A stretch of DNA of 64,000 nt from NCBI GenBank assembly GCA_963677435.1, contig OY781945.1:1248001-1312000 (forward strand). Reading direction: 5' to 3'. Each line of letters begins with the position of its first letter. Position 1 is the stretch's first letter. This document shows positions 39,465-49,840 of the stretch, one piece after another. The DNA is from an uncultured Aliarcobacter sp. (GTDB taxonomy: Bacteria; Campylobacterota; Campylobacteria; Campylobacterales; Arcobacteraceae). Position numbers and translations under genes: made by a program. The notes below the pieces were generated by a model. The model was not told where the DNA came from. It did not search any database and saw only the letters and a program-made list of their open reading frames with translations.

Positions 39465-40484
39465 TTATCCCATAGGATACATTATCTCTTCTTGAACTTT
39501 TTTACAAGCTTGTATAATCTCATCACTTAAAGTTATATCTAAAGCTTTTAAACTTTCATTTAATTGCTCAGCGGTTCTAGCACCAATAATTGTACTAGCA
39601 ACAAAATCCCAATGTTTACTCCAAGCAGCTGCAAGTGTTGTAACACTCATACCATGTTCTTGAGCTATTTGCATATATCTTGCAGTTGCTGCTAAAGTTT
39701 TATCATTTATAAATCTTTTTTTCATAGCATTTAATCTTGGTAAATCTTTAGCTAAATACTCCTCAAATCTTGAACCTTTTGGAATAACTCCACCTTGATA
39801 TTTTCCAGTTAACACTCCACCTGCAAGTGGTGAATAAGGAAGTAAAGATATTTTTTCTTGTCTGCAAACATGTGCTAACTCATCAAAAAATCTTGGTTCA
39901 TTTAAAGAAAAGTTATTTTGGATTGATTGAAATCTTGCTAAGCCTTTGTATCTACTAATTTCAGTAGCTTTAGTTAAACCATAAGCTGTGTCATTACTAG
40001 CTCCAATATATCTTACTTTTCCAGCTTTTACCAATCTATCCATAGCTTCCATAGACTCTTCTAAAGGAATAACAGTATCAGGCCAATGAACTTGATAAAG
40101 GTCGATATAATCAGTTCTTAACCTTCTTAAACTTCCTTCAATTCCTCTCTCAATATGAAATCTATCAATTGCAGTTAAGCCATGTCTAACGGGTGCTGCG
40201 AATCTTCCATTTGCTGCACCTGCAACTTTTGTTGCTACTATAATTGATTCACGAGGTTTATCTTTCATCCACTCACCCATAATTTCTTCTGATAAACCAA
40301 CTAAGTCAGCCCTTGGGGGAACTGGATACATCTCTGCATTATCAAAAAAATTAATTCCTGCATCATAGGCTTTATCCATGATTTTAAAGCTCTCTTTTTT
40401 GCTTGACATTTGTCCAAAAGTCATAGTTCCTAAACAAATTGGAGTTACTCTTAATCCACTTGTTCCAATATATCGATATTCCAT
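39465..40484 (-). CDS. Aldo/keto reductase (Tas-like)
   Basis: LGTMTFG, DNAEMYPVPP, DYIDLYQVHWPD, YSPLAGGVLTGKY. Confidence 0.88.
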   Translation of the reverse strand: MEYRYIGTSGLRVTPICLGTMTFGQMSSKKESFKIMDKAYDAGINFFDNAEMYPVPPRADLVGLSEEIMGEWMKDKPRESIIVATKVAGAANGRFAAPVRHGLTAIDRFHIERGIEGSLRRLRTDYIDLYQVHWPDTVIPLEESMEAMDRLVKAGKVRYIGASNDTAYGLTKATEISRYKGLARFQSIQNNFSLNEPRFFDELAHVCRQEKISLLPYSPLAGGVLTGKYQGGVIPKGSRFEEYLAKDLPRLNAMKKRFINDKTLAATARYMQIAQEHGMSVTTLAAAWSKHWDFVASTIIGARTAEQLNESLKALDITLSDEIIQACKKVQEEIMYPMG

Positions 40485-40503
40485 AATAATCCTTTTTATA
40501 AAT

Positions 40504-41652
40504 TTAGTATTTTTTTAATATTAGTATTGATGTTAATGAAATCATCAGCATTCCTATTCCAATAGGAAGTAGGGTTTCTCCATGAAAAGAGACTATTAGT
40601 GATGAAATAATTGAAGCCATTCCAAATTGAATTACTCCAATTAATGCAGATGCAACACCTGCATTTTTAGAGAAATTTTCTAAAACCAAAGAAGTTGCAT
40701 TTCCATAAATTAAACCATTCATAGCAATGTAAATTCCCAAAATAATAATTGTTGAATATAAAGTAAGATCTTTATAAAAAAATGTAAATATTGCTGCAAA
40801 AACTATTTGAACAGTTACGGCAGTTTTTAATATATTTAGCTGTGAAAAATATTTTATAAATTTAGTATTTAATGTTGCTAATACCATAAGTAATACAAAA
40901 TTTAATCCATAATAAACAGAAAAAAGATTTACTCCCACATGAAAATGTTCCATGTAAATAAAAGATAACTTTGTGATAATAGAAAACATACTTGAAAAAC
41001 CTAAAGCTAAAACAAACATCATCATCATTGCTTTTTTGTGGGTTAAAACACTAATATATGATTCAATAATTTTTCTTTTTGTATAAGTATAAGTCTCTTC
41101 TAAATCTTTGATTATCAAAAAAGCAAGAAATAAAGAGTAAATAGTTAAAAAAGCAAAAATACCTTTCCATGGAGCAAAAAAAAGTATTAAAGCTCCAATT
41201 ATTGGAGCAACCATAGGAACAATACTTCTTATACTTCCCAAAAGAGAAAAATATTTTGCAGCTTCATTTCCTGAATATAAATCTCTAATAATCGCAGTTG
41301 CGTTAATTACTATAAATCCAGCAAAAAAGGCTTCTAAAAATCTGTAAATCCAAAGCTCATAAACAGTTGTGCTAAATATTATAAGAAAACTAAAAAACGA
41401 AAACCCAAATAAACCTAATAATGAGCAAAATTTTCTACCTTTTCTATCTGAAATTGGGCCTCCAAACAACTGTCCAAGGGAAAATCCAAACATAAAAATT
41501 GATAAGCTTAATTCTATATATGAAATTGGTAAATTATAATATTCAGCCATTGAGGGCATTGCAGGTAGATATGTTGCTATTGATATGGGCGCGATTGCTG
41601 ATAAAACTGATAATAATATTAGTAGATAAGTTGTATTAATATATTTTTGCAT
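40504..41652 (-). CDS. Bcr/CflA-family MFS efflux transporter
   Basis: YLPAMP, GQLFGGPISDRKGRK, about 12 TM segments. Confidence 0.85.
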   Translation of the reverse strand: MQKYINTTYLLILLSVLSAIAPISIATYLPAMPSMAEYYNLPISYIELSLSIFMFGFSLGQLFGGPISDRKGRKFCSLLGLFGFSFFSFLIIFSTTVYELWIYRFLEAFFAGFIVINATAIIRDLYSGNEAAKYFSLLGSIRSIVPMVAPIIGALILFFAPWKGIFAFLTIYSLFLAFLIIKDLEETYTYTKRKIIESYISVLTHKKAMMMMFVLALGFSSMFSIITKLSFIYMEHFHVGVNLFSVYYGLNFVLLMVLATLNTKFIKYFSQLNILKTAVTVQIVFAAIFTFFYKDLTLYSTIIILGIYIAMNGLIYGNATSLVLENFSKNAGVASALIGVIQFGMASIISSLIVSFHGETLLPIGIGMLMISLTSILILKKY

Positions 41653-41770
41653 TTAGTGTCACTTACTGTAAATAAGAGTATTTTATGACATAAAAGTTAT
41701 CTTAAATAATGTCAAAATAATTAATATTACAGTTGTTAATAAACTTTTCATTCTCTTATTTTAAATTAAT

Positions 41771-41922
41771 CGAACAAATGTTCAAAATTATACAATTGTA
41801 AATTTAATGTATTCTTAATAAAAAAAAGATTTTTAGCTGTAATTTCCCCATATTTTTCTATTTAAATTAATTTAAGCAAATTTTAAAAATTCAAAAGATA
41901 ATATTTCGTACAAATGTTCGAA
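41771..41922. promoter_or_regulatory. Two further regulon boxes between the MFS and chemoreceptor genes
   Basis: CGAACAAATGTTCA at 41771 and TTCGTACAAATGTTCGAA at 41905. Confidence 0.65.
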
Positions 41923-41968
41923 TTGTAAAAATAACTTTTTATTATTCATTCATAATCGGAGAAAATAA

Positions 41969-44170
41969 ATGAAAAATCTAACAATAAAAACTAAACTGAT
42001 TTGTACTTTCTTAATAGTGGGAATATTAGTTTTGATATTAGGCAGTTATAGTATTCTTAGTATTACAAAAGTAGCAAATGGATTTACTCAATATAGAGAA
42101 ATGACCCAAAATACAGTTTTAGCTGGACAAGTACAATCAAATATGCTAACAGTTAGTATAAATGTAAAAGATTATTTAGCAAAACCAAGTGAAGAACAAA
42201 GTGATAAATTTACTCAAAATATGAATAAAGTAATAAAAAGTCTTGAACAAGCAAAAATAGAAATTCAAGAACCAACAAGAGCACTTTTAGTAAAAGAATT
42301 AGAAAAAAATGCAACTGTATATAAAAATAATTTCTTTTTAATTGGCTCAATGAATCAAGAAAGAAATGATATTATAAATCAAAACTTAGAGCAAAATGCC
42401 CAAAGAATAGAAAAATATTTGACTGATATTTTAACTGATTTAAAAGATAATTCAGATTTTCAAACATCTCTTAAAACAGCTGAAGCTATAAATCAATTAC
42501 TTTTAGCAAGGTTGTACACTACAAAATATCTTGATTCTTATTCTGTTGAAGATTTAAAAGAGGTTCAAAGTAATTTTGAGTTATTAAGTAAACAATTATC
42601 TCAAATACAAAATAGTATTGAAGATTCTTCTATTAAGTCTCAAATAAAATTAGCAACAAGATTTATTATGATTTATCAAAATGGTGTTAAACAAATTGAA
42701 AATATTATTACAGAAAGAAATAATGTAATAGATGAGGGAATAACAAACATAGAATCAATAATGTCAAAATTAGCTGAAGATATAAAACTTTCTATTAAAA
42801 AAGATCAAGAAAAAATTGGTCAAGAAGTTTTCACATTAAATGAAAATATTCGTAATCTAACTATATTTATTTCATTATCTATTTTGGTGTTTATAATATT
42901 TATAGGATTTATTATTCCTCGAAATATCTCTAAATTGATTGATACTTTTCAATCTGGACTTATGAATTTCTTTAAATATTTGAATAAAGAATCAACTATT
43001 TCAGAACTAATTCCAATTGATTCAAAAGATGAAATAGGTAGTATGTCAAAAATTGTAAATGAAAATATATTAAAAACAAAATCATTAATTGAACAAGATA
43101 GTTTTTTAATTGAAGATGTAAAAAGAGTTGCAATTCTTGTAAAAGAGGGAAAAATAAAACAAAAAGTTGATAAATCTACTGATAATGTTGGATTAGAAGA
43201 ACTTAAAATGATTTTTAATGAAATGTTAGATGCAATGGCTAAAAATGTTGCAGAAGATTTAAATAGTATAACTACAGCACTTACATATTATCAAAAACTT
43301 GATTTCACATATAGAATAAAAAATCAAACAGGAAAAACAGTAGATGGATTAAATTCATTAGCAGAAATAATAAATAGTATGCTTTTAGATAATAAATCTA
43401 ATGGATTAGCACTGGATATAAGTAGTGATATTTTACTTAAAAATGTAGATATATTAAATAAAAATGCAAGTTATTCAGCAAGGGCTCTTGAAGAAACAAC
43501 TCAGGCTCTTGAAGAGATGACAAATAATATTAAAAACAATACAAATAATGTAATAAAAATGGCATCTTATGCAAAAGAATTAAATTATTCAGCAAATGAT
43601 GGTCAAAAACTATCAAATGAAACAACAATTGCAATGAATGATATTAATGAGCAAGTTACGGCAATTAATGATGCGATTTCAGTTATCGATCAAATTGCAT
43701 TTCAAACTAATATTCTTTCATTAAATGCAGCCGTAGAAGCAGCAACTGCTGGTGAAGCAGGGCGAGGATTTGCAGTTGTTGCAGCAGAAGTGAGAAATTT
43801 AGCTTCAAGAAGTGCAGAAGCAGCAAAAGAAATAAAAACTTTAGTAGAAAATGCAACACAAAAAGCTGATATTGGTAAAACTATTGCTCAAAAAATGATA
43901 AATGGATACTCAGGATTAAATGATAATATATCAAAAACTATTCAATTAATTTCAGACATAGAAAGCACAAGTAAAGAGCAACTATCTAGTATTGAACAGA
44001 TAAATGACTCAGTTACGATTCTTGAACAACAAACACAAGAGAATACTTCTATCTCTAATAAAACACACGAAATTGCAATTGCAACTGATTCAATAGCAAA
44101 ATTAATAGTTGCAAATGCAAATGAAAAGGAATTTATAGGTAAAAATAGTGTAAAAGCAAAAGAGATATAA
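41969..44170 (+). CDS. Methyl-accepting chemotaxis protein with large helical periplasmic domain
   Basis: Two TMs; [37 protein letters not shown] signalling hairpin. Confidence 0.93.
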   Translation: MKNLTIKTKLICTFLIVGILVLILGSYSILSITKVANGFTQYREMTQNTVLAGQVQSNMLTVSINVKDYLAKPSEEQSDKFTQNMNKVIKSLEQAKIEIQEPTRALLVKELEKNATVYKNNFFLIGSMNQERNDIINQNLEQNAQRIEKYLTDILTDLKDNSDFQTSLKTAEAINQLLLARLYTTKYLDSYSVEDLKEVQSNFELLSKQLSQIQNSIEDSSIKSQIKLATRFIMIYQNGVKQIENIITERNNVIDEGITNIESIMSKLAEDIKLSIKKDQEKIGQEVFTLNENIRNLTIFISLSILVFIIFIGFIIPRNISKLIDTFQSGLMNFFKYLNKESTISELIPIDSKDEIGSMSKIVNENILKTKSLIEQDSFLIEDVKRVAILVKEGKIKQKVDKSTDNVGLEELKMIFNEMLDAMAKNVAEDLNSITTALTYYQKLDFTYRIKNQTGKTVDGLNSLAEIINSMLLDNKSNGLALDISSDILLKNVDILNKNASYSARALEETTQALEEMTNNIKNNTNNVIKMASYAKELNYSANDGQKLSNETTIAMNDINEQVTAINDAISVIDQIAFQTNILSLNAAVEAATAGEAGRGFAVVAAEVRNLASRSAEAAKEIKTLVENATQKADIGKTIAQKMINGYSGLNDNISKTIQLISDIESTSKEQLSSIEQINDSVTILEQQTQENTSISNKTHEIAIATDSIAKLIVANANEKEFIGKNSVKAKEI

Positions 44171-44178
44171 AACCAAAT

Positions 44179-44205
44179 TTAGCACTCTTATATAAAAAGT
44201 GCTAA
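44179..44205. promoter_or_regulatory. CIRCE element (HrcA operator) upstream of htpG
   Basis: TTAGCACTC-N9-AAGTGCTAA, one mismatch to TTAGCACTC-N9-GAGTGCTAA. Confidence 0.8.
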
Positions 44206-44287
44206 TTTTAATAAAAACTTTAGCTTACTTTTATAAAGTTGCGATAAAATTCTCTTCTAAAATTAAACAAATTATAGGAGAAATGAC

Positions 44288-46198
44288 ATGGCAAAACATC
44301 AATTTCAAACAGAAGTAGGACAATTATTACATTTAATGACACACTCTTTATATTCAAATAAAGAGATTTTTATAAGAGAGCTTGTATCAAATTCAAGTGA
44401 TGCAATAGATAAATTAAATTATTTAAGATTAACAGATGATAATCTAAAAGAAGCATTTGCAGATTGGAAAGGTGAGATTAATATCTCTTTTGATGAAACT
44501 GATAAATCTTTAACAATTTCAGATAACGGTATTGGTATGAACGAAGCTGATTTAATAGCTTCAATTGGAACAATCGCAAAATCAGGTACAAAATCATTTG
44601 TTGAAGCCTTAACTGGTGATGCAAAAAAAGATTCAAACTTAATCGGTCAATTTGGAGTTGGTTTTTACTCAGTATTTATGGTAGCAGATAAAGTAGATGT
44701 TATCTCTAAAAAAGCTGGTGAAGAAACTGCATATAAATGGACAAGTGATGGAACAGGAGAGTTTGATTTATCACCTGCAATAAAAGAGTCAAATGGAACT
44801 GTTATTTATATCAAGTTAAAAGATGAAGAAGTATCTGAGTTTGCATCTAAATATAGAATTAAAAATATTGTTGGAAAATACTCAAACCACATTGCATACC
44901 CAATTTTCTTAAATTATAGTGAAGAAGTAACTGAAACTTTAAGTGAAGAAGATAAAAAATCTGGAAAAGAACCAGCTAAAACTCTTGAGAAAAAACATGA
45001 AAAAATTAATGAAGCAACAGCTTTATGGATGCAACCAAAATCTAAGCTAAAAGAAGATGATTATAATCAATTTTATAAATCAATTTCTCATGACTCATCT
45101 GAGCCAATGCTTACAATTCACACAAAAACTGAGGGTGTAAACGAATATACAACACTATTCTATATCCCAAAAACTGCACCTATGGATATGTATAGAGCAG
45201 ATTTCCAAAGTGGTGTTAAACTTTATGTTAAAAGAGTATTTATAACAGATGATGAAAAAGAGTTATTACCAACTTACTTAAGATTTGTAAGAGGTATTAT
45301 TGATTCAGAAGATTTACCTTTAAATGTATCTAGAGAGATTTTACAAGAAAATAGAATCCTTGCAAATATCAAACAAGGAAGTGTTAAAAAAATCCTTTCT
45401 GAAATCAAAAAACTTTCAAAAGATGAAGAAAAATATGCTGAATTTATCGCTCAATATATTAGACCACTAAAAGAGGGTGTTTACCAAGATTACACAAATA
45501 AAGAGTTAATCTTGGACTTATTAAGATACAAATCAACAAAAGCAGAAGATGGAAAATTAACTTCATTAGAAAGCTATAAAGAAAGAGCTGACACTGAACA
45601 AAAAGCTATTTATTATATCGTTGGTGAAAATGAAAAAGTATTAAGAAGTTCACCATTATTAGAGTCTTATAACAAAAATAACATCGAAGTTTTAATCTTA
45701 GATGATAAAGAAATTGACGAAATCATCACTCCAACTATGGGTGCATATAAAGAGTGGGAATTCAAAGACATCACAGCTTGTGAGCCTCCAAAAGTTGAAC
45801 AAACAGAAGAAGCAAAAAAAGAAGTTGAAGAAAAATTTGAATCAATTACAAAAAAAATCAAAGACAAATTAGGTGATGCTGTAAAAGATGTAAAAGTAAC
45901 AAACAGATTAAGCGAATCTCCATCTTGTGTAGTAAAAGATGTTGCAGACGCACAAATGGCTCAAATGATGCAAATGATGAGAGCAATGGGACAAGCAATG
46001 CCTGAATCAGCACCAATTTTAGAAATCAATCCAGAGCATGAAATCGTAAAAAAATTAAACGGTTGCCCTGATGAATCAACAATCGAAGATGTATCTTGGA
46101 TTTTATTAGACCAAGCGAAATTATCTGAGGGTATGGAAATTACAGATACTGTAGCTTTCGCGAAAAGATTATCAAGAATCACAGCAAAAGCTTTATAA
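44288..46198 (+). CDS. htpG: Chaperone HtpG (Hsp90)
   Basis: YSNKEIFIRELVSNSSDA, DNGIGM, IGQFGVGFYS, DSEDLPLNVSREILQ. Confidence 0.98.
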   Translation: MAKHQFQTEVGQLLHLMTHSLYSNKEIFIRELVSNSSDAIDKLNYLRLTDDNLKEAFADWKGEINISFDETDKSLTISDNGIGMNEADLIASIGTIAKSGTKSFVEALTGDAKKDSNLIGQFGVGFYSVFMVADKVDVISKKAGEETAYKWTSDGTGEFDLSPAIKESNGTVIYIKLKDEEVSEFASKYRIKNIVGKYSNHIAYPIFLNYSEEVTETLSEEDKKSGKEPAKTLEKKHEKINEATALWMQPKSKLKEDDYNQFYKSISHDSSEPMLTIHTKTEGVNEYTTLFYIPKTAPMDMYRADFQSGVKLYVKRVFITDDEKELLPTYLRFVRGIIDSEDLPLNVSREILQENRILANIKQGSVKKILSEIKKLSKDEEKYAEFIAQYIRPLKEGVYQDYTNKELILDLLRYKSTKAEDGKLTSLESYKERADTEQKAIYYIVGENEKVLRSSPLLESYNKNNIEVLILDDKEIDEIITPTMGAYKEWEFKDITACEPPKVEQTEEAKKEVEEKFESITKKIKDKLGDAVKDVKVTNRLSESPSCVVKDVADAQMAQMMQMMRAMGQAMPESAPILEINPEHEIVKKLNGCPDESTIEDVSWILLDQAKLSEGMEITDTVAFAKRLSRITAKAL

Positions 46199-46200
46199 AA

Positions 46201-46324
46201 TAAAAGAACTATTTGCACGCATCTTCTGCGTTGCAAATAGTTTTTTTCTCAATCACATACTTTACGTACGCTCAATCAAAAAAAACTCTTTGCTCCTTGA
46301 ATCTACATACAACTAGCTCTTTTA
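46201..46324. repeat. About 124-bp nested palindromic element (MITE/REP-like), may double as htpG terminator
   Basis: Imperfect terminal inverted repeats TAAAAGAACTATTTG/CAACTAGCTCTTTTA; internal GCAAATAGTTTTTTT/AAAAAAACTCTTTGC; alternative hairpin AACTATTTGCA...TGCAAATAGTT. Confidence 0.55.
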
Positions 46325-46398
46325 AATTTTTATCAAAAAGCTATTTTTAAAAGTTTAAATTAGATAAAATCAAAAATAATATTAATTGAAAGGTTAAG

Positions 46399-47259
46399 AT
46401 GAATAATAATTCTAATACTTTAAATAGATTTGAAAAGAAAATAAATTCTCTTTCTATGAATAAAGATAATTTGAAACAACTATGTAAAGTATTACAAGAA
46501 AGAGCTGATAGTGCTGCAGAATTAGAGGTTAATAATTATAAAAAAACTGAGAATATTGATGATGAACAATTTGAAAAAAATAAAGAATTAATTAAAAAAC
46601 TTTTTAAGTTTAGTATTCAAATAACAGGTAAGAATGATATTATGGTATCTGGAACAATTGATGATATTTTTAATTCAGTAAATTTTCCAGAGGAAGTTAA
46701 ATATTTATTTATAAATACTGAAACTAAATTTAATATAGAAAAATATTTTCCAAGAAATCAGTTTAATTTATTTTTAGATTTTACTAAACCTGAAGTTTTT
46801 GATTTAAGATTTATGCCTAGTCATGAAACACCAAATGAATCAAAATTTGAAGTAAAAGGTTATGATTCAACTTGGGTTAATGGTGTATTTAATGAGATTG
46901 ATAATATTTTTAAAGATAAGAAATCAAAAGGTACAATTTTTCATAAAAATAATATTTATGATGCTTTATTATTTTTTATTGGTTTTCCTTTTTGTTTTTG
47001 GATTTCTTATAAAAGCTCAAAATATATTGATAATTTCTCAAATAATATTTTTATAATTAATGCATTGTATTTATATGTTTTTACTATTTCACTTACTTTT
47101 TTCAGATTAATATTTCATTATATTCGATGGGTGAGTCCTCTAGTAGAATATAAAAGTGAAACCAATGATATGATAAAACATAGAGTTATGGCTTATGGGT
47201 TATTTATTTCTATTTTTAGTACTTTAGTATATGATTTATTAAAATATATAGTTATTTAG
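46399..47259 (+). CDS. Hypothetical protein with three C-terminal TM segments
   Basis: AAGG RBS, 286 aa ORF, hydrophobic C-terminus; no family recognised. Confidence 0.65.
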   Translation: MNNNSNTLNRFEKKINSLSMNKDNLKQLCKVLQERADSAAELEVNNYKKTENIDDEQFEKNKELIKKLFKFSIQITGKNDIMVSGTIDDIFNSVNFPEEVKYLFINTETKFNIEKYFPRNQFNLFLDFTKPEVFDLRFMPSHETPNESKFEVKGYDSTWVNGVFNEIDNIFKDKKSKGTIFHKNNIYDALLFFIGFPFCFWISYKSSKYIDNFSNNIFIINALYLYVFTISLTFFRLIFHYIRWVSPLVEYKSETNDMIKHRVMAYGLFISIFSTLVYDLLKYIVI

Positions 47260-47272
47260 AGAAGGAAGAAAT

Positions 47273-47752
47273 ATGCCACTAAAAATAAGAGAAGCAATAC
47301 CAGAAGATTCACAAACTATTTTTGATTTCATTATGGAACTTGCGATTTATGAAAAACTACCAAATGCTGTTAAAACTACTGTTGAAGAGATAAAAGAGTC
47401 TATCTTTGCTTCGAACTCTACTGTTAAAGCTTTGATTTGTGAAGAAGATGGAACGGCTATTGGTTATGCTGTTTATTTTTACAACTATTCAACTTGGCTT
47501 GGGAAAAATGGTATTTATCTTGAGGATTTATATGTAAATGAATCAAAAAGAGGAAGAGGTGCTGGAAAAGCTATGATTAAGTATCTTGCAAAAAAAGCAA
47601 TAAATGAAAACTGTGGAAGATTTGAGTGGGCTTGTCTTGATTGGAATACTCCATCACGAGAGTTTTATGAAAGTCTTGGTGCTGTTGCTTTAAATGAATG
47701 GGTTGGGTATCGACTTGAGGGCGATGCTTTGGCTGATTTTGCAAATAAATAA
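47273..47752 (+). CDS. GNAT N-acetyltransferase (diamine acetyltransferase-like)
   Basis: YSTWLGKNGIYLEDLYV, RGRGAG, CLDWNTPS. Confidence 0.88.
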   Translation: MPLKIREAIPEDSQTIFDFIMELAIYEKLPNAVKTTVEEIKESIFASNSTVKALICEEDGTAIGYAVYFYNYSTWLGKNGIYLEDLYVNESKRGRGAGKAMIKYLAKKAINENCGRFEWACLDWNTPSREFYESLGAVALNEWVGYRLEGDALADFANK

Positions 47753-47852
47753 TAAAATTTAATTTTTTTTACACAATTTATAACTAATATCCTTGAAATA
47801 AAGAGATTATTTTGATAAAGTACATTTCTTAAAATAAACTAAAAGGAATAAA

Positions 47853-48434
47853 ATGGGTCTGTTTCTAGATACTTTAGCATCAGTTTTTAAATCAATCAAA
47901 AAATTATCAAGACCTTATTTTAGTCTGGAAGAAAATGATTTAAAATTCAAAATTGACACAGACACTTTTTATAAATTTCCTATTAAAAATGTAGAGACAA
48001 AAACTAGATACGATTCGTATGTTTTGGAAGCTTATACTCTAAAAGCAGATAATCTACATATTGAATATATTCATACAGAAGATGATATTTCATGGAATGG
48101 TCAAGCCTTATCTTTTTTTAAAGATTTATTAAAAGATAATATAAAAGCAAGAACAATGGAGTTATTAGAACAAATTGAGTTTTCACATTATGAATTTTTA
48201 GTTTATAAAATAAATGATTATTTCATTTTGAATATTATTTATATTTATGAAATAGATAAAGAGATTTTTATTATTGATACAAAAGGTGAGCTTTATGAAA
48301 ATTTATTGAAAAATTTTGATAAAACTTATGAATATAAATTTGAGAAAAAACCTATAGATTTTGAGAGTTTAAATCTTAGTTTAGTAAAAAATAACGCAAT
48401 GAAAAGTTATTTTACTTTACAAAGTGGGGATTAA
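47853..48434 (+). CDS. Hypothetical protein
   Basis: AAGGA RBS; 193 aa ORF. Confidence 0.65.
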   Translation: MGLFLDTLASVFKSIKKLSRPYFSLEENDLKFKIDTDTFYKFPIKNVETKTRYDSYVLEAYTLKADNLHIEYIHTEDDISWNGQALSFFKDLLKDNIKARTMELLEQIEFSHYEFLVYKINDYFILNIIYIYEIDKEIFIIDTKGELYENLLKNFDKTYEYKFEKKPIDFESLNLSLVKNNAMKSYFTLQSGD

Positions 48435-48443
48435 GATAAAATC

Positions 48444-49253
48444 TTATTTCCCAAACACTTGTTTTAATATTGAACTTGTTTGTTCAACTGGGTTTGTTCT
48501 AATAGCTGCTTCTTTTTGAGCTATCATTGCGAATAATCCCTCAATCGCTTTATTTGTAACAAAATCATCTAAATTTTCATCAGAATTTCCAGGCATATAA
48601 GAATCAACACCTAAACTTTTTGCCATTCCCATAACTCCACTATTGTCAACTAATCCTTTTGCATTTGATTTATACAAGTTATTAACTGCATCATAATAAG
48701 TTGCTACTTTGTTCTCTTTCATTGTTTCTTGAATAATAGGCGTTATTGATTTTTTCAAAGATTCTGTTGTATTAGTTTTAAAATAATTTGTTGCAGCATC
48801 ATTTCCACCTGATAAGATTTTTTGAGCATCTGTAAGTGTCATTTTATCAATTGCACCCATGAAAATTTCAGCTGTTTTTGGAGCTGCTTTTGTTGCTGCT
48901 GTGTTCATTGAATTTATTAAATCATCTGCCATCTTGCCACCACCTGCTGATCTTATAACTTTTTCTACATTTGATAGATTATTTGGAAGAGGAATTTTAG
49001 CTGTTGCATTATTTAGATATCCATTATTTGCACCTAATTGTTCAACTGCAAAAGTAACACCTGTTTTTAAGGCTTCTTTTAATCCACTTGAAACTGTAGA
49101 ATCTGAAAGATTAGTTTTTGTTGCTGTTGTTGAAGTTGTTGAATTCTCTTTTGAAACTGAATCTACTACACTTTTTGTAATACTTCCTAAATCAAAAGCA
49201 AAAGTTAGTGTAGAACTTAAAAGTAATGTTGAAACGATAATAGATTTTTTCAT
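48444..49253 (-). CDS. DUF4197-family exported protein
   Basis: Signal peptide from MKKSII (ATG 49253 after AGGA); GLKEAL, MNTAATKAAP, AIEGLFAMIAQKEAAIRTNP. Confidence 0.8.
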   Translation of the reverse strand: MKKSIIVSTLLLSSTLTFAFDLGSITKSVVDSVSKENSTTSTTATKTNLSDSTVSSGLKEALKTGVTFAVEQLGANNGYLNNATAKIPLPNNLSNVEKVIRSAGGGKMADDLINSMNTAATKAAPKTAEIFMGAIDKMTLTDAQKILSGGNDAATNYFKTNTTESLKKSITPIIQETMKENKVATYYDAVNNLYKSNAKGLVDNSGVMGMAKSLGVDSYMPGNSDENLDDFVTNKAIEGLFAMIAQKEAAIRTNPVEQTSSILKQVFGK

Positions 49254-49333
49254 GATTTTTCCTAATATTTTGTATTTTATAGATTTCATTATATAATAGC
49301 TAATATGTAATGATTGTGAAAAAAGGATAGAAA

Positions 49334-49774
49334 ATCGAACTAATTAACGAAATTGCTAATTTTATTTATGGTTTTAAAAATAAAATAGTTGAAGCCCCAG
49401 TAATTGCCAATGAATATGAAGAAAAAATCTCTTCATTTGCAAAAGAGTTGAAAAATTTAGAATTTGACAAAGAGTTTGAAGAAAATTTTTTAGTAATTTT
49501 AGGATATTCATATAGACTTGAAGATATTAAACAAAGACTATTTTTTACCTTCTCAGAAGCTGTTTATGCTATTGATTTAGATAAATTGATGAGGAATGAA
49601 GACTCTTTAAAATTAAACTCAATAGTTTATATTTTAGTTTTAGATTCAATCATAAAAGAGTATAAAACAAAAGAGATAAATATTGAACAAAAACAAAAAG
49701 CAGTAGATGTTTACAAAAAAATTGAAGAGCGAAAAGCAGCAGAAAATAAAAAATATCATATGTATCAATATTGA
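49334..49774 (+). CDS. Hypothetical protein, probably starting at ATC 49334
   Basis: Frame of the track ORF 49448-49774 is open 38 codons further upstream to ATC, 6 nt after AAGGA; in-frame TAG at 49328-49330. Confidence 0.55.
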   Translation: MELINEIANFIYGFKNKIVEAPVIANEYEEKISSFAKELKNLEFDKEFEENFLVILGYSYRLEDIKQRLFFTFSEAVYAIDLDKLMRNEDSLKLNSIVYILVLDSIIKEYKTKEINIEQKQKAVDVYKKIEERKAAENKKYHMYQY

Positions 49775-49784
49775 TATAATAGAA

Positions 49785-49801
49785 ACTCACTTTTAACTCA
49801 C
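49785..49801 (+). promoter_or_regulatory. Response-regulator direct repeat upstream of the sensor kinase
   Basis: ACTCAC-N5-ACTCAC; same motif at 52056-52072. Confidence 0.65.
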
Positions 49802-49840
49802 TCAAATTTGTTAGAGTAATTTTAAAATACGGAGTCTTTT

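Noticed and set aside
48859..49296. 145-aa plus-strand ORF
   Set aside because: Antisense shadow of the DUF4197-like gene; no RBS or recognisable motif.
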